A DNA stretch of 64,000 nucleotides, taken from the NCBI GenBank assembly GCA_030704615.1, contig CM060731.1, positions 77,934,001 to 77,998,000 of the forward strand, in the 5' to 3' direction. Of this stretch, positions 61,299 to 64,000 are shown one piece after another. The notes beneath the pieces are model-generated. The model worked only from the letters and a program-made list of their open reading frames with translations. It made no database searches and was not told where the DNA came from. Within the stretch, counting starts at the first letter, position 1. Each line of letters starts with the position of its first letter. This DNA is from Takakia lepidozioides. Taxonomy: Eukaryota > Plantae > Bryophyta. The position numbers and the translations under genes are program-made.

Positions 61299-62677
61299 GC
61301 ACACACTGTCACAATGGAAATGACTAACCTCAAAATTCTGTAACGGGAATAGATAGGAAACTAGCAAAGCTGTTGTCATGCCCATTTTTGGACAACAGCA
61401 TAGATGTATACAATTCTAGTTCTGAGGAAATAAATTGGAGCAAATCTTATAACTATGCGAGTGGAAGATTGCCATGCATTGGAATTACTAATCAGACAAT
61501 TGACTCGGTGTAGGGATGCCTGTGTTAAGTGGCGGTGGGACAGACCCTTGATAATCTTGCAGGCCAAGTAGGTTGGATCAAGAGCAATGTGCACTGTGTG
61601 CAAACATCAAAGAACACCAACAAAGCAGCCAGCTGATCTTCCGAGTTGGAGCCCCTGCATGCTACCCACAAAGTTGTTTTGTCCTTGGTGCCTCCGTCCC
61701 CTTTTCTTGGAAGAATGCTACGATGGGTCAGGAAATCGAAACACTAGTGTTAGTGTTAGCATTCCTCGCATTCGTCGGTGTTAGTCTATTTAGTCTAAAT
61801 TGAGAGCTCATTCTCTCTTGCTCATCTACGCAATTTCTTGTGTCATTCTCCATCTGTGTCTCTCTCATTCCATCTATTTTCTTCCCGACAATAGTCTTCA
61901 AATGTCAGGGCCTATACATAATGAGTTCTGGCTATAAGTATGGAGAACCAGAGTTGGTGATCGACAAATTGGTGAGAGAGTGCTGCTACTGACAAGGCAA
62001 AATAAACTTGTAAAGTGAACCCTTTGTTCTTAAACTAGCCTTTCATTTGCAAGTTCCATTATTCTCCAACCTTTCATGATGATTGAAATGGAATTGGCTT
62101 GGTTCTTATGAATATGAGGTCAAGTGTCTCCGTCCCTTGACTCCATATTCTTGTCTTCGGGATTATTCCACCCTCATCTTCCGTGATCAGTACAAAGGGA
62201 AAATGTACCTGACACTACTTGCTTGCAGACAAGGGAGAATTATTCATAGATGACATAACAGACACCCTACATTCACACAGTAGATCTTTTATTCACAATA
62301 CAAATACACATCAACACCTGATGTACACTGTTTGAAACCCCAAATCATCACTGAGCTCTAGAGCTCAATCATTGGAGGTCGGCTGTATATTCGAACACCA
62401 ACTATTTCTGGACAGACGAAGTTGATGATTACAACAGTGATCATGGTGATGGTGGTGAAGTGCCGAAAGACTTAGATTTTGCTCCAACGGAAACATCAAC
62501 AATGTGACGTCTTATGTTGCGCCGTAGAAATAAACCCAAATGAATGGTGTTATTTTGTCCACACATATTATACATGATATGCAAATGTTTATTGGCTCCT
62601 CCCTAAAAAGGAGACTACCCATCAGTTTCCAAAAAAAGGCAACTACCTGTTACACCTGGCCCAGATAACACCAACCT

Positions 62678-62886
62678 CACATTACCTCCCTGCAGGTTAA
62701 TTAAATTGACTGAAACCATCTGAGCCGTCAAACCCACCATCAACCGACGTCACATTACCTCCCTGCAGGTAAATTAAATTGACTAAAACTGTCAAACCCA
62801 CCATCAACCGACGTCACATTCCCTCCCTGCAGGTAAATTAAATTAACTGAAACCATCTGAGCCGTCAAACCCACCATCAACTGACG
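62678..62886. repeat. Minisatellite, three units of ~63-73 bp, within a dispersed repeat also seen at ~12980
   Basis: TCACATTACCTCCCTGCAGGT.AATTAAATT.ACT...TCAAACCCACCATCAAC occurs three times; TTATTGGCTCCTCCCTAAAAA..AGACTA.CCATCA occurs at ~12981 and ~62589. Confidence 0.85.
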
Positions 62887-64000
62887 GCAAAAATATCTCG
62901 CAGAATCTAATACCAAAAAGGTGGTAAAATATTTTACGCTTAAAAAGCTGCTGGACATTCGTGGATGGATCCCCATTGACGAAGGTCTGACCCTCAGATC
63001 TCTCCACATCAACATGGCCTGTTCTATTCTAGTTCTAAGAGGGGATGTCCTGCAGTTGTTTTTCTTTTTTTTCTTTTTCTTTTATTTTTGGGGTTAGCAG
63101 TTCCACATACAACGGCCTCCCGGTCCTAATGGCTGTATGACTGAAATTTTAATCTAAAGGAATTGACATGCCAATCACGAATGACGGAATGGAGTCCTTG
63201 TTGTAGTTAAATGAATGAAAAATGGATGGGATCAACTCCCCGGTGTCCCACAAAATAAACATGCCGTACCATTTAGGCATTTTTTTGCCTAATAAATATA
63301 GAAAAACAACAAGGCTGCTTAGGCACGTTTCTCAAACCATATCTTCACATTACGCATCTTCATGCTATAAGTTTTTTGAATTAGACACATAAAAAGAGAA
63401 AAAATTGATGTTTTACGAATTAAAATTAAAATTAAAAACCCAATGTGGTGGACGAGGTAGACGGAGAGATCATGATGATTAGCGATGAGGATGAATATGA
63501 TGACATTGTCGAGTCCATGCAGGGGCCTTTGGAATGCAGGGGCCTTCGGAAATTACGGAGTTGTCGCAAATAGATTGGGATTTGCTCGAATGTTTAGGAA
63601 TTAGGCACTTTGATCCTATAGTTTCTGTGCAATTAGGCCAAAATTCCCAAAACGCGCTAGACACTTTCAATTTGAATTAATTATCATATAAATGGTTGGT
63701 AAGGGACGGTATATCCACATCGCTCGAAATAAACTCGTTGGGTAAGCCTAGTCTCTTCGGCATTCGCTATTAAAAAAAGGGGCTGGTTGGGCCAATCGGT
63801 CACCTTATGTGGCGGACTTTCGAGGTCTGGGGAGAAATAGGGCTACATCCCATTTTCAAAAAAATAAAAATAAAAATAAAAATAAAACTTATTTCGCCCT
63901 TTCTAGTAAAAATAATAATAACTATTTGTAGCAATTGGTTTGAGGGTTGGCAGCCGTTCTTTATCTGAAATTTTAGTGTTTTGTTTTAGATTTTTTTTAA

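Noticed and set aside
62678-62886. Repeat array that could be mistaken for CRISPR
   Set aside because: Units are contiguous tandem copies without unique spacers, the context is eukaryotic, and no cas genes are present

Overview
Eukaryotic land-plant nuclear DNA with spliceosomal introns; the PLS-DYW style and TE content suggest a bryophyte-like plant, but that is an inference. Five host genes were reconstructed by hand: mitochondrial ribosomal protein S5 (+, 4749-10256), a YAK1/DYRK kinase (+, 16573-29919) containing a U12-type intron, a PLS-class PPR-DYW gene (-), an RPAP3-like TPR co-chaperone (+, 48201-54583) and an ER protein disulfide isomerase ending in KDEL (+, 56435-61298). The main finding is that the PPR-DYW ORF is not stand-alone. 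Four upstream exons (37410-35247, -) encode an organellar single-stranded DNA-binding protein (OSB-type OB fold plus PDF motif) and can be spliced in frame onto the PPR exon. This predicts a ~1081-aa chimera: targeting peptide, OB fold, PDF motif, 17 PLS repeats, E1, E2, DYW cytidine deaminase. The window also holds a GRF zinc-finger ORF nested in RPS5 intron 1, a truncated Ty3/gypsy element joined at a GATC to an unclassified repeat-rich element with a spliced orphan gene, a hAT-type MITE family, LINE/SINE remnants and tandem repeats. All exon structures were inferred by eye and need RNA-seq confirmation.
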